A stretch of 43,114 bases of DNA from an uncultured Candidatus Saccharibacteria bacterium (lineage in GTDB: Bacteria > Patescibacteriota > Saccharimonadia > Saccharimonadales > JAGPDM01). This document shows positions 27,750 to 36,679 of the stretch, piece by piece (position 1 is the stretch's first letter; every line of letters starts with the position of its first letter). The notes beneath the pieces are model-generated. The model was not told the origin of the DNA and did not search any database. It saw nothing but the letters and a program-made list of their open reading frames with translations. The translations under genes were made by a program, and so were the position numbers. The DNA is taken from the NCBI GenBank assembly GCA_964519575.1, contig CAZFKV010000001.1:1-43114 (forward strand), given 5' to 3'.

Positions 27750-28205
27750 CTAAGATGATTTTCTTAATCGATCGAGTTCTTTTTCAAAACTCTCAACATC
27801 GTCAAAACTCCTATATACACTTGCGAAACGTACATATGCAACTTCATCAACAGATGCCAATTCACGAAGTACCAACTCTCCAAGTTCACTTGTCACCACT
27901 TCGCTCTCGCCTGCTTGACGCAAGGTTTGCTCAATCCTAGCGACTAATTCCTCTAGCTGCAAACTACTCATTGGTCTTTTTTCAAACGCCCTACTAAGTC
28001 CTGCAAGTAGCTTGTTGCGATTGAAAAGCTCTCTCGTGCCGTCCTTTTTAACTACGACAAGATTAGGTAACTCAATTCGCTCATAGGTAGTAAACCTGTG
28101 TTTGCAATTGAGGCATTCTCTTCGACGTCTTATTGCTCCGGCATCACCAACATCACGTGATTCGATTACTTTGCTTCGCTCTTCATTACACTTAGAACAA
28201 TGCAT
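27750..28205 (-). CDS. nrdR: Transcriptional repressor NrdR
   Basis: 151 aa. N-terminal zinc ribbon MHCSKCN...CLNCKHRFTTYERIE, followed by an ATP-cone domain. Confidence 0.95.
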   Translation of the reverse strand: MHCSKCNEERSKVIESRDVGDAGAIRRRRECLNCKHRFTTYERIELPNLVVVKKDGTRELFNRNKLLAGLSRAFEKRPMSSLQLEELVARIEQTLRQAGESEVVTSELGELVLRELASVDEVAYVRFASVYRSFDDVESFEKELDRLRKSS

Positions 28206-28292
28206 ATAATATCTCCATTTAACCTTTAAAGTACGGTAGTGCTGATATGAGTAAATTCTTGATATTAGCCATATTTAGCGTACCTGGTAATG

Positions 28293-28323
28293 ATTATAGC
28301 TCTACCTATGGTGTTTTTGTCAA
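28293..28323 (-). promoter_or_regulatory. Candidate promoter of nrdR
   Basis: TTGACA (28323-28318) and TATAAT (28298-28293) on the minus strand. The spacer is 19 nt, longer than optimal. Confidence 0.3.
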
Positions 28324-28394
28324 CATAATCATTATTGTGGTTTATACAATAGTAGTAAATTAAGGGGCTAAATACACCTGAGTATATTATTTGT

Positions 28395-29663
28395 TCAATC
28401 TTCTTTTTTCTTGCCGTCATTGTCGTCATTGTCGTCATTGTCATCATTGTCATCATCGTCATTTTGTTGACGTCGAACGAAAGCGGGAACATCGTAATCA
28501 TCATCGTCATCTATCGCCCATACATTTGAGGATGCTATCGGACTTTGCATGTCATCGTCATTCTGGGCAGAACTTGCTCCGCTACCGAGTGACATATCTA
28601 CGTTACTTATATCAGAATTATTAATGTCGTTGATGGAATCATCACCGTGATCGGGTTTATTAAAATAAGCCAAACCATTATTCCCTTGTCGGTTAGTTTC
28701 AGCGAAATATGCCGCATCAAATCCCGTAGCAATCACTGTGATTTTAATTTGATCAGACATCTCAGGATCAAGCGTTGCACCGAAGATTATATTTGCTTCG
28801 GAATCAACTGCCGCCGTAATTGCTTCGGCAGCTTCATTGATTTCATGCATAGACATATCAGGACCGCCAGTAACATTGAACAGAACGCCCCTTGCCCCAT
28901 CAATTGATACTTCAAGCAAAGGTGAAGCAATGGCTTGTTGGGCCGCTTCGAGAGCTCTATTTTCACCGCTAGCATGCCCAATTCCCATAAGAGCAGAGCC
29001 TGCATTTTGCATCACAGCTTTAACGTCTGCAAAGTCTAAATTGATAAGACCGTGAGTCGTAATTAGATCGGAAATTCCTTGAACACCTTGTCGCAATACA
29101 TCGTCTACCACCGTGAATGCTTCCATTAGTGGTGTTCTTCTATCAATTGTTTGGAGAAGTTTATCGTTTGGAATTGTAATAAGCGTGTCTACACTTTTTC
29201 GTAAATTCTGGATTGCGACTTCAGCGTTTCGGCGTCTTCGCTCTCCTTCAAATGCAAATGGCTTCGTTGCAATACCGACAACCAGTATATCTAGTTCCTT
29301 GGCAATTTCTGCTACGACAGGCCCAGCACCGCTACCCGTACCGCCACCTGCTCCAAACGTTACAAATACCATATCAGAGCCCTCAAGAAGCTTCTTAAGC
29401 TCGTCACGTGACTCCTCAGCGGCTTTCTTGCCAACTTCAGGGTCCGCTCCTGCACCCAAGCCTCTGGTAGTTTCTTTGCCAATATGAACTTTGGTGTTTG
29501 CTTCTGAGTGATGAAGGGCTTGAGCATCGGTGTTTACTGCGACAAAATCAATGCCTTTGACATTGGCACCAATCATTCTGTTAACTGCAGCACCACCGGC
29601 ACCGCCTACCCCGATGACTCTAATCCGTGCAAATGTTTCAACTACTGGTTTGATTTCAGGCAC
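28395..29663 (-). CDS. ftsZ: Cell division protein FtsZ
   Basis: 422 aa. Tubulin signature [16 protein letters not shown] and T7 loop NLDFADV. Long linker, then a C-terminal FtsA-binding peptide [11 protein letters not shown], then an acidic tail. GTG start at 29663 preceded by GGAGGTG. Confidence 0.95.
   Translation of the reverse strand: MPEIKPVVETFARIRVIGVGGAGGAAVNRMIGANVKGIDFVAVNTDAQALHHSEANTKVHIGKETTRGLGAGADPEVGKKAAEESRDELKKLLEGSDMVFVTFGAGGGTGSGAGPVVAEIAKELDILVVGIATKPFAFEGERRRRNAEVAIQNLRKSVDTLITIPNDKLLQTIDRRTPLMEAFTVVDDVLRQGVQGISDLITTHGLINLDFADVKAVMQNAGSALMGIGHASGENRALEAAQQAIASPLLEVSIDGARGVLFNVTGGPDMSMHEINEAAEAITAAVDSEANIIFGATLDPEMSDQIKITVIATGFDAAYFAETNRQGNNGLAYFNKPDHGDDSINDINNSDISNVDMSLGSGASSAQNDDDMQSPIASSNVWAIDDDDDYDVPAFVRRQQNDDDDNDDNDDNDDNDGKKKED
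28415..28459. repeat. Five tandem copies of a 9-bp unit (cgtcattgt, degenerating to catcattgt and catcatcgt) inside the ftsZ 3' end
   Basis: Direct reading of 28415-28459. In the ftsZ frame it encodes the NDD/DND-type run ...[16 protein letters not shown]... Confidence 0.9.
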
Positions 29664-29694
29664 GTGTTACACCTCCTCACTATATTTGTGTGCA

Positions 29695-29723
29695 ATTATA
29701 TATTGCTTGTGATGAGACAGCAA
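29695..29723 (-). promoter_or_regulatory. Candidate internal promoter for ftsZ in the ftsA-ftsZ spacer
   Basis: TTGCTG (29723-29718), 17-nt spacer, perfect TATAAT (29700-29695) on the minus strand, about 30 nt upstream of the ftsZ GTG. Confidence 0.45.
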
Positions 29724-29778
29724 CATTTGACTAAATCATTTATGAAAAATTCTATGGTTGAACAAAATTTGTAAAGCG

Positions 29779-31029
29779 TTAGGGTTTAAATCTTTCTACT
29801 AAACCACGAACAAAGGAAGTGCCTTTGGAAATTGACCGATCTAAATTCCATTTTGGAGCCGTACCAGATGTCATGTGCATATCTTCGAGCATTAAACCGA
29901 CTGCAGTGCATAGCTCTGGCGATCCAGCAGCTTCAATAATTCCTGAAAAATCAGTTGGTTTTGAAATCTTTGCGTTTAAGGCTAAGACAGATCGAGCAAT
30001 TAGCTCAATTCCCTCAAGATTGGCTCCACCACCTACAATCACAACCCCACCTGGTAGCTTGCCAGCTCTGTTAACTTTCTTAAGTTCTGAATTTACCAAA
30101 TTAAACAATTCTATCAACCTTGCTTCAGCTATATGATCGATATCTTTTTGCTTAAAACTTCTTTCCGTCGAACTGTCTTTTTCTGTAACTAGGTGAGTTG
30201 TTGAAGATTTTTTTGAACTTCCTATCTGGGTTTTAGTACGTTTTACATGTTCAGCAGTATCAAGATCGGTTTTTAAACCTATAGCTAGGTCATTAGTGAT
30301 ATGAGCAGAACCTACTGGAATCACTGCCGTATGGAGAATCTCTCCTTCTTCATAAACAGCCAGTCCAGTTGTGCTGCTGCCGATATCAATTACAGCAGTC
30401 CCGCTCTCGCGTTGTCTTTTGTCCAATACTACCCCTGAGGCTGCAATCACGTTTACAACAAACTGATTAGCTAAAATTCCCGTTTGATTAAGACATCGTT
30501 CAATATTTTTTAAAGCTGGAGTCGATCCGGTAATGATATGTGCATCAACTTCGAGACGAACGCCACTCATGCCGACTGGGTCTTTAATATTATCCTGACC
30601 GTCTAGACGATAGCTGCGTGGAAAAACTTGTAATATCTCTCGATTAGGTGGTAGCTGTACTACTGTGGCTGCCTCCTCAACACGATGGACATCTTCAATC
30701 GTAATTTCCTTATCAATTCCGCCAACCGCTATCACTCCCTTGGAATTCAAACTTAAGATGTTAACACCTCCTACTCCGACGGTTGCGCTGTCGATTGCAT
30801 AGCCACTGATACGTTCCGCTTCATCAATCGCAACACTAATAGCATGGACTGTGTCTTCAATATCAACAACTTGACCTTTACGCATCCCGGCGTTTGGTGT
30901 TATTCCAACTCCAATAATACTAGGAACCGGCATCGTATCTTCTTTAACACCGATTACACAGGCAACCTTACTATTGCCTATATCAAGACCTACATATGCT
31001 TGAGATAAATTTGTTTTACGATTTGCCAT
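29779..31029 (-). CDS. ftsA: Cell division protein FtsA
   Basis: 416 aa. Actin-like ATPase motifs LDIGNSKV, IDIGSSTTGLAVY and VIVGGGANLEGI. Immediately upstream of ftsZ. Confidence 0.9.
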   Translation of the reverse strand: MANRKTNLSQAYVGLDIGNSKVACVIGVKEDTMPVPSIIGVGITPNAGMRKGQVVDIEDTVHAISVAIDEAERISGYAIDSATVGVGGVNILSLNSKGVIAVGGIDKEITIEDVHRVEEAATVVQLPPNREILQVFPRSYRLDGQDNIKDPVGMSGVRLEVDAHIITGSTPALKNIERCLNQTGILANQFVVNVIAASGVVLDKRQRESGTAVIDIGSSTTGLAVYEEGEILHTAVIPVGSAHITNDLAIGLKTDLDTAEHVKRTKTQIGSSKKSSTTHLVTEKDSSTERSFKQKDIDHIAEARLIELFNLVNSELKKVNRAGKLPGGVVIVGGGANLEGIELIARSVLALNAKISKPTDFSGIIEAAGSPELCTAVGLMLEDMHMTSGTAPKWNLDRSISKGTSFVRGLVERFKP

Positions 31030-31048
31030 ACAGGCATCAAGTATACTG

Positions 31049-31813
31049 CTAACCCTTATTGACTGGCAATGCTGTTAAGATTTCATAGCCATCTTCTAAG
31101 ACAAGTACAGTATGTTCGGCATGAGCCGCTAGGCTACCATCTTTGGTTTTTACGGTCCAACCATCATGTGAGATTATCACCTCACGACTTCCTAAAGTCG
31201 CCATTGGTTCTATAGCAATTGTCATTCCGGCTTTTATTTCAACGCCTGTTCCGCGAGTTCCATAATTAGGAATGTTAGGTTCTTCGTGCAATTCGTGTCC
31301 AACTCCATGACCTACCAGTTCTTGAACTATCCCAAACGACTTTGAGTCCAATACATCGGCTATCGCCGCACCAATATCACCGATTGTAGTGCCGTCTTTT
31401 ACGACATCTATACCTGAATAAAGTGCCTGTTCGGTAGTTTTAACTAAGCCCTGAGGGTCTTCGCCACGACCGACAATAACAGTTTTGGCAGCATCAGTAA
31501 TCATTCCTTCGTAACTTACCCCGAAATCAAGTCCGACAAGATCGCCACTTTCGAGTTTTCGATCAGATGGTATACCATGGACGATTTCATCATTAACAGA
31601 TATACATATGACATCAGGAAATCCAAGATAACCATAAAAAGCTGGTTTACCGCCAAGTTTAGTTAGTTCTTTTTTGGCATTTTTAGCTATTTCGAGAGTA
31701 GTTATGCCTGTCTCGATTGATTTTTCAGCGATGCCGAGAACAGTCGCTAGCATCCTACCTGATTCTCGCATTTTCTCAATTTCAGAAGCTGTTTTAACTC
31801 TTGTAAATGCCAT
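31049..31813 (-). CDS. map: Methionine aminopeptidase, type I
   Basis: 254 aa. Pita-bread fold metal ligands in VNDEIVHGIP, DFGVSYEGMITD, VGHGVGHELHEEP, IAIEPM and AHAEHTV. Confidence 0.95.
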   Translation of the reverse strand: MAFTRVKTASEIEKMRESGRMLATVLGIAEKSIETGITTLEIAKNAKKELTKLGGKPAFYGYLGFPDVICISVNDEIVHGIPSDRKLESGDLVGLDFGVSYEGMITDAAKTVIVGRGEDPQGLVKTTEQALYSGIDVVKDGTTIGDIGAAIADVLDSKSFGIVQELVGHGVGHELHEEPNIPNYGTRGTGVEIKAGMTIAIEPMATLGSREVIISHDGWTVKTKDGSLAAHAEHTVLVLEDGYEILTALPVNKG

Positions 31814-31816
31814 GGC

Positions 31817-32347
31817 TTATAACTTCAAAGCATCCTTTATTTGCTGAGCCACTTGTTCGACAGTTCCACTACCGTCAATTTCATGTAAGACTTTTCTCTC
31901 CTTATAGAAACTTACGACCGGTAATACTTGCTCCATGTAGGTTTTATTGCGTTGTGCGATTGCTTTTGCCGAATCGTCATGACGTCCACGATCAGACATT
32001 CTTTGGATCGCAGTTTCCTCATTTAAAGTCAGATGAAGCACATGATCTACTGTACGCTTCAGGTTTACTTGCATTGATTCGAGCCATTCCGCTTGAGAAA
32101 TACGTCTTGGAAAACCATCAATAATCACTTCTGTTTCTTGCGGTATTTTTGCAATTGCCTCACTAATTAATCTTTTTACCGTATCGTCATCAACCAATTT
32201 GCCGCTATGCAATAGCTCTCGAATTTTTGGGTCAGTGGTTTTTCGTAATAATTCACCTGTGGATACCCACGAGAATCCATAGTTTTCTACTAAAATATTT
32301 GCTTGAACGCTTTTTCCGGCTCCGACTGGACCAAGCATTACAATCAT
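31817..32347 (-). CDS. adk: Adenylate kinase (short form without a LID insertion)
   Basis: 176 aa. P-loop GPVGAGKS, then STGELLR, GKLVDDD, IIDGFPR and RGRHDD. Next to map, as in spc-operon ends. Has a 4-nt overlap with the yqeY-like gene. Confidence 0.8.
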   Translation of the reverse strand: MIVMLGPVGAGKSVQANILVENYGFSWVSTGELLRKTTDPKIRELLHSGKLVDDDTVKRLISEAIAKIPQETEVIIDGFPRRISQAEWLESMQVNLKRTVDHVLHLTLNEETAIQRMSDRGRHDDSAKAIAQRNKTYMEQVLPVVSFYKERKVLHEIDGSGTVEQVAQQIKDALKL

Positions 32348-32790
32348 GATGTTTTACTTAGTTTTTCTTTAGTCAGTCTTGCTATGGTTGCGCCGTCTGC
32401 GCGTCCGGCTGTATCTGCTCTTACTTGAGCAATCACCTTGCCCATGTCAGACACTTCGGATACGCCTTGTTGTGCAATAACATCCTCGATTATTGATTCC
32501 AGTTCGGTTTGATTTAACTGTTCAGGTAGGTATTTTTCGATAATACCCTTTTCTCTGAGTTCCTTTTGTTCCCGATCATCAGCCCCACCTTGTTTAAACA
32601 TTTCTGCTGCTTCAAGTCGTTTTTTGACTTCTTTTTGCATTAGATTAATCAAATCCGAATCATCGAGCGAAGCTTTTTTTGCTATTTCCGCGTATTGAAT
32701 TGATGTCAGTAGTGCACGTAAAACCATCACTTGCTCTTTATCACCAGCAAGCATGGCTGTTTTTAGATCCTTATTGATGTCTTCAAGCAT
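32344..32790 (-). CDS. GatB/YqeY domain-containing protein
   Basis: 148 aa. LKTAMLAGDKEQVMVLRALLTSIQYAEI...EIIEKYLP...MGKVIAQVR pattern typical of YqeY. Its ATG overlaps the rpsU stop (TAATG). Confidence 0.8.
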   Translation of the reverse strand: MLEDINKDLKTAMLAGDKEQVMVLRALLTSIQYAEIAKKASLDDSDLINLMQKEVKKRLEAAEMFKQGGADDREQKELREKGIIEKYLPEQLNQTELESIIEDVIAQQGVSEVSDMGKVIAQVRADTAGRADGATIARLTKEKLSKTS

Positions 32791-33005
32791 TAACGCTCAC
32801 CGAGTTTAATGCGGCGTTGCTTTTCGTTTTTACGATCTTTCTTGATAATTGCTTTAATCCGACGTTCTCGCTTACTAATCGGTTTTTCAAAATACTGATT
32901 ACTACGAGCCTCAGCCATTACTCCGGACTGTTGAACTTTCTTGTTGAAACGTCTTATAAGATTCTCGAGCGATTCCTTAGCGTCTTTTCTGGTTACATTA
33001 ATCAC
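32790..33005 (-). CDS. rpsU: 30S ribosomal protein S21
   Basis: The track ORF extends to 33062. However, a GTG at 33005 is preceded by AGAGGAAAAACA and gives a 71-aa protein, (M)INVTRKDAKESLENLIRRFNKKVQQSGVMAEAR..., matching the usual S21 N-terminus and length. Confidence 0.85.
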   Translation of the reverse strand: MINVTRKDAKESLENLIRRFNKKVQQSGVMAEARSNQYFEKPISKRERRIKAIIKKDRKNEKQRRIKLGER

Positions 33006-33071
33006 TGTTTTTCCTCTTAGTAGTACTTGAGATATGCTACTCGAGTACGGAGATATTTGCAAGATTGAAAA

Positions 33072-33350
33072 TCAATTAGGTCTTTTGGAGCGTTGACTCT
33101 TCATAACTATAGACTGGAGTTCACGAAATATCGGAAACTGTTTATTAGCGCTATAAACCTTGGTGTTAGTTTGTTTTTCAGAAATTACAAATCCAACTTT
33201 TTCTAATCTTTTTAGCTCCCGTTGAATATTTCCAGCATCTTCTTTTATGAGTTTTGCAAGGCCGCGTACATGAGTCTTAAAATCGGGATACTTTGCGTAG
33301 ACAACGATAATTTTCCGGCGAACTCTTGATGTGATGAAAACGTCTAGCAA
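33072..33350 (-). CDS. Small winged-helix (ArsR/MarR-like) DNA-binding protein
   Basis: 92 aa from a TTG start. HVRGLAKLIKEDAGNIQRELKRLEKVGFVISEKQTNTKVY looks like an HTH plus a beta-wing. Confidence 0.6.
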   Translation of the reverse strand: MLDVFITSRVRRKIIVVYAKYPDFKTHVRGLAKLIKEDAGNIQRELKRLEKVGFVISEKQTNTKVYSANKQFPIFRELQSIVMKSQRSKRPN

Positions 33351-33425
33351 TTTAGTAAGTACCTTTCATTGTCTATGATACAACACATTCAATTGTAGTC
33401 AGCTACAGCGCTAAGTGTCAATCTA

Positions 33426-34085
33426 TTATTCCCACTTATCAATAATGTCGTCGATTTTATTCATGAGTTCGTCGTGATCTGCTATTGTTGGATCCTCGTA
33501 ATAGTGATCTGTACTAACATAATTTTGTGCTACAGATAAACAATGTAGTTCATCGAACAACACGTGGAGTCTGTCAACTGCCATTTCAGACGCAACTGGA
33601 ACTGCCGCAATAACCCGATCCACCGCTATGGTCTTAAGGTAAGAAATCGCCGCATCGAACTGTGCTCCAGTTGGAGCCCCATCCGTCGTGACGATAACAT
33701 TGTGCCCTCTTAGAATATCTGGAGAGGCCTTACCTGCTCGGCTAATTAGCGTGTTCAAATAATGCATTTTTTCAATTCTCTGTTGATCAAAAAATCCATG
33801 AAATTCTGTAATAAATTCGTCTAATTGAGCCGTCGGAATCATCTTGTCGTATGTCATATTCCCACTTTGATCAATTGTGCCTACGATCGTTTTTCCATCA
33901 CCTGGCAAAACAATAGGATCTGTATAAAGCATGGTAATAGAACAGTGGAGTCTTCTCGCTATTTGCTCTCCAATTACAATACCCCCATCGCTAAGTGACA
34001 TTACAACAGTATTCTCATAGCGATATTTTGCTTCTAACTCTTTTGCAAGCCTAATTCCTGCATCAACACGGTTTTTAAAATACAT
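33426..34085 (-). CDS. Phosphoribosyltransferase-like protein (two-lobed putative PRTase family)
   Basis: 219 aa. N-terminus F-x-N/D-R-x-DAG-x-x-LA...GG..IG..IA is typical of this family. The PRPP-loop position reads VIVTTDGAPTG instead of an acidic-pair loop. Confidence 0.6.
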   Translation of the reverse strand: MYFKNRVDAGIRLAKELEAKYRYENTVVMSLSDGGIVIGEQIARRLHCSITMLYTDPIVLPGDGKTIVGTIDQSGNMTYDKMIPTAQLDEFITEFHGFFDQQRIEKMHYLNTLISRAGKASPDILRGHNVIVTTDGAPTGAQFDAAISYLKTIAVDRVIAAVPVASEMAVDRLHVLFDELHCLSVAQNYVSTDHYYEDPTIADHDELMNKIDDIIDKWE

Positions 34086-34135
34086 ACTGTCATTTTACTT
34101 CAGATAGTAGTCCAACACTATATAATTGAACTTAT

Positions 34136-36067
34136 ATGGCAAATTACTACGAGATTGTCCCCTACTCAGCCGGTTTCGCAAACCGAGAGCTAACTTACTC
34201 ATCAGATTTAAATCTGGATTTGGGATCATGTGTTGAAATTGAACTCCGGAGCAAGCCAGTCATGGGAATTGTTTATGCAAAAGTCGAAAAGCCTCCATTT
34301 ACTACTAAAGAAGTTATTAGAACCATAGACGAGCCTACGCTTCCTAAGCATTTATTATCCCTTTCAAAGTGGATTTCGGAGTACTATTCAACACCACTAT
34401 CAATCGTCTTAAAGTCGATTATGCCTAGGGGCGTCGGCACCATAAGGCGTAAAGTATTATCCTCGACATCTAGCAGAGCAAATCAGCGAAGCCAGATTGC
34501 TATGAATAGTCACCAGCAGATGGCAGTAAAAAAGATAGTTGAATCTACCAGCTCGGTTTGGCTACACGGCACGACTGGCTCCGGAAAAACCAGAATATAC
34601 GTTGAGCTTGCAGATATGACCATATCAAAAGGCAAGGATTGTTTGATTCTTGTACCAGAAATCAGCCTGACTCCTCAACTACTGGATCAATTTAAAACAC
34701 TATCTTCATCAAACAATATACACATAGTTCATTCAGGCCTTACAGAAAGCCAACGCCATACTTTATGGCGTAAGGCGATTAATGCGACAGAACCAATGAT
34801 AATTATCGGTGCCCGCTCAGCACTTTTTGTACCGTTAAAGAATATTGGCCTTATCATCCTTGATGAAGCTCATGACCAGAGTTACCACCAAGACCAACAG
34901 CCTCGCTATAGCTCAATCCGGGTCGCTTCTTATCTTGCGAAATTAACAAATTCAAAGCTTATTCTTGGTAGCGCGACACCCCCCGTAGACGAAATATTTC
35001 TCGCGACGACTAAGAGATTAACAATTATTCGGCTTCACGAACCCGTTTTTCCTAGATCTCAGACATCTAATGTTATTAACTTAGCAAACAAATCCGATTT
35101 CACTAAGAACCGATGGTTATCAGATCAACTATTGGATAGTATCGAAAACGGCATAAAACAAAATAAAAAAAGTCTGCTGCTTCTAAATCTCAGGGGTACT
35201 AGGCAGAGTATTTTTTGCGGAAACTGCGGATGGTACGCTCAATGCCCAAACTGCCAAATCCCTCTCAAGTATCATCATGATTATCATAAATACCTATGTC
35301 ATATTTGTGATTTTCAGATTAAAGCTGTTGTAACTTGCCCTGACTGCAAGCAACCTGAATTGCAATACAAAGGAATAGGTACTAAACAACTGGAAGTTGA
35401 TTTGAAGAAAATCTTCGCTGGAGTGAGAACAATTAGATACGATCGCGACAGCACCTCTAAATCAGTATCACATGACGACATATATCAGAAAATGGTTGAT
35501 GCAAAAACACAGGTTATTATTGGTACCCAGCTTGTTAGCAAAGGGCTCGACATTGCCGAGCTTACGACCATTGGCATCGTAAACGCAGACACAAGTTTAC
35601 AAATTCCCGATTTTACTTCCCAAGAGCGGACTTTCCAGATGATTTATCAAGTATCTGGGCGAGCCGGTAGACAGGGTGAGAAGTCTAAAGTATTTGTTCA
35701 AAGTTTTCTCCCAACACACCCAGCTGTTCAATTTGCCGTCAATCGAGATTATGACAGTTTTTATAGATACGAGATCGAATCTCGAAAGACTGGACAGCTT
35801 CCACCTTTCATTTTTTTAGCAAAATTAATTGGCCAGTTTAGTAGCGTAGCAATTGCCGAGAAGAAATCGCTGGAATTGGCAGGGCAGCTTTCGACAGATA
35901 CAACCTTGAAAGTTCTTGGCCCTGCACCGGCCTTTCAAGAATACTCGAGAGGTAAATATCGCTGGCAAATTATCTTAAAATCTAAGCATCGAACCAGTCT
36001 AATCAATGCTGTCGAATCGCTCCCGGCATCATGGAGTTTTTATTTAGATCCAGATACCTTACTCTAG
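34136..36067 (+). CDS. priA: Primosomal protein N' (replication restart helicase PriA)
   Basis: 643 aa. Walker A GTTGSGKT, DEAH box (ILDEAHD), and the Cys-rich zinc insertion CGNCGWYAQCPNCQ...CHICDF...CPDCK. Confidence 0.9.
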   Translation: MANYYEIVPYSAGFANRELTYSSDLNLDLGSCVEIELRSKPVMGIVYAKVEKPPFTTKEVIRTIDEPTLPKHLLSLSKWISEYYSTPLSIVLKSIMPRGVGTIRRKVLSSTSSRANQRSQIAMNSHQQMAVKKIVESTSSVWLHGTTGSGKTRIYVELADMTISKGKDCLILVPEISLTPQLLDQFKTLSSSNNIHIVHSGLTESQRHTLWRKAINATEPMIIIGARSALFVPLKNIGLIILDEAHDQSYHQDQQPRYSSIRVASYLAKLTNSKLILGSATPPVDEIFLATTKRLTIIRLHEPVFPRSQTSNVINLANKSDFTKNRWLSDQLLDSIENGIKQNKKSLLLLNLRGTRQSIFCGNCGWYAQCPNCQIPLKYHHDYHKYLCHICDFQIKAVVTCPDCKQPELQYKGIGTKQLEVDLKKIFAGVRTIRYDRDSTSKSVSHDDIYQKMVDAKTQVIIGTQLVSKGLDIAELTTIGIVNADTSLQIPDFTSQERTFQMIYQVSGRAGRQGEKSKVFVQSFLPTHPAVQFAVNRDYDSFYRYEIESRKTGQLPPFIFLAKLIGQFSSVAIAEKKSLELAGQLSTDTTLKVLGPAPAFQEYSRGKYRWQIILKSKHRTSLINAVESLPASWSFYLDPDTLL

Positions 36068-36100
36068 CCTTAGGATTTCATCTCAGTTATTCTAGTAGTA

Positions 36101-36676
36101 ATGAATGACCGACATCAAATTATTACCCTTCCTAATCCATCACTTCATAAGAAGTCAGCTAAAGTTTTTCCGATTACAAAAGTTACTCAACAAACTATTG
36201 CAAATATGACAACGATTGGATTGGATTGGGAGGATCACCATGCTCATGAAGTGACCGTAGGACTTGCTGCCGTTCAGATCAATAAATTAGAGAAAATCAT
36301 CATAATACGTAATGATTTTGACAACAAAAGTGACCGTACATTTCGAGCTCTTATTAATCCGGTGCTATTAAAAGCTGATGGAAAAAAAGTATACGAGCTG
36401 GAGGGTTGTCTAAGCGTGGCTGGATTCTACGGTCGTGTAAAACGATATTCAAATGTTAGAATTCAAGCCTTGGACGAGCAAGGAAGTGTAGTTAAAATAT
36501 CCGCCACAGGCTTTCTTGCGCGATTATTGCAGCACGAAATAGATCATATTAACGGCAAAACTTATCTAGATAGACTAGACGAAAATGGTGAGCTGTATCG
36601 AATGCTCCCCAATGGAAAACTTGAACTACTCGCAGATGAAGAAGCAAAATCTATTTTGAGCGAATTGAGTAAGTAA
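36101..36676 (+). CDS. def: Peptide deformylase
   Basis: 191 aa. Motifs GLAAVQI, EGCLS and HEIDH. Confidence 0.9.
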   Translation: MNDRHQIITLPNPSLHKKSAKVFPITKVTQQTIANMTTIGLDWEDHHAHEVTVGLAAVQINKLEKIIIIRNDFDNKSDRTFRALINPVLLKADGKKVYELEGCLSVAGFYGRVKRYSNVRIQALDEQGSVVKISATGFLARLLQHEIDHINGKTYLDRLDENGELYRMLPNGKLELLADEEAKSILSELSK

Positions 36677-36679
36677 AAA

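Noticed and set aside
28415-28459. Short tandem repeat considered as a possible CRISPR or other array.
   Set aside because: The unit is 9 bp with no spacers and lies inside a coding region. It is not a CRISPR array. No CRISPR-like repeat-spacer structure was seen anywhere in the window.
28265-28510. Minus-strand ORF MTMMITM...[16 protein letters not shown] and plus-strand ORF 28391-28624 rich in His/Arg/Cys.
   Set aside because: They are out-of-frame or antisense readings of the 9-bp tandem repeat at the ftsZ 3' end. The ftsZ frame is the conserved one.
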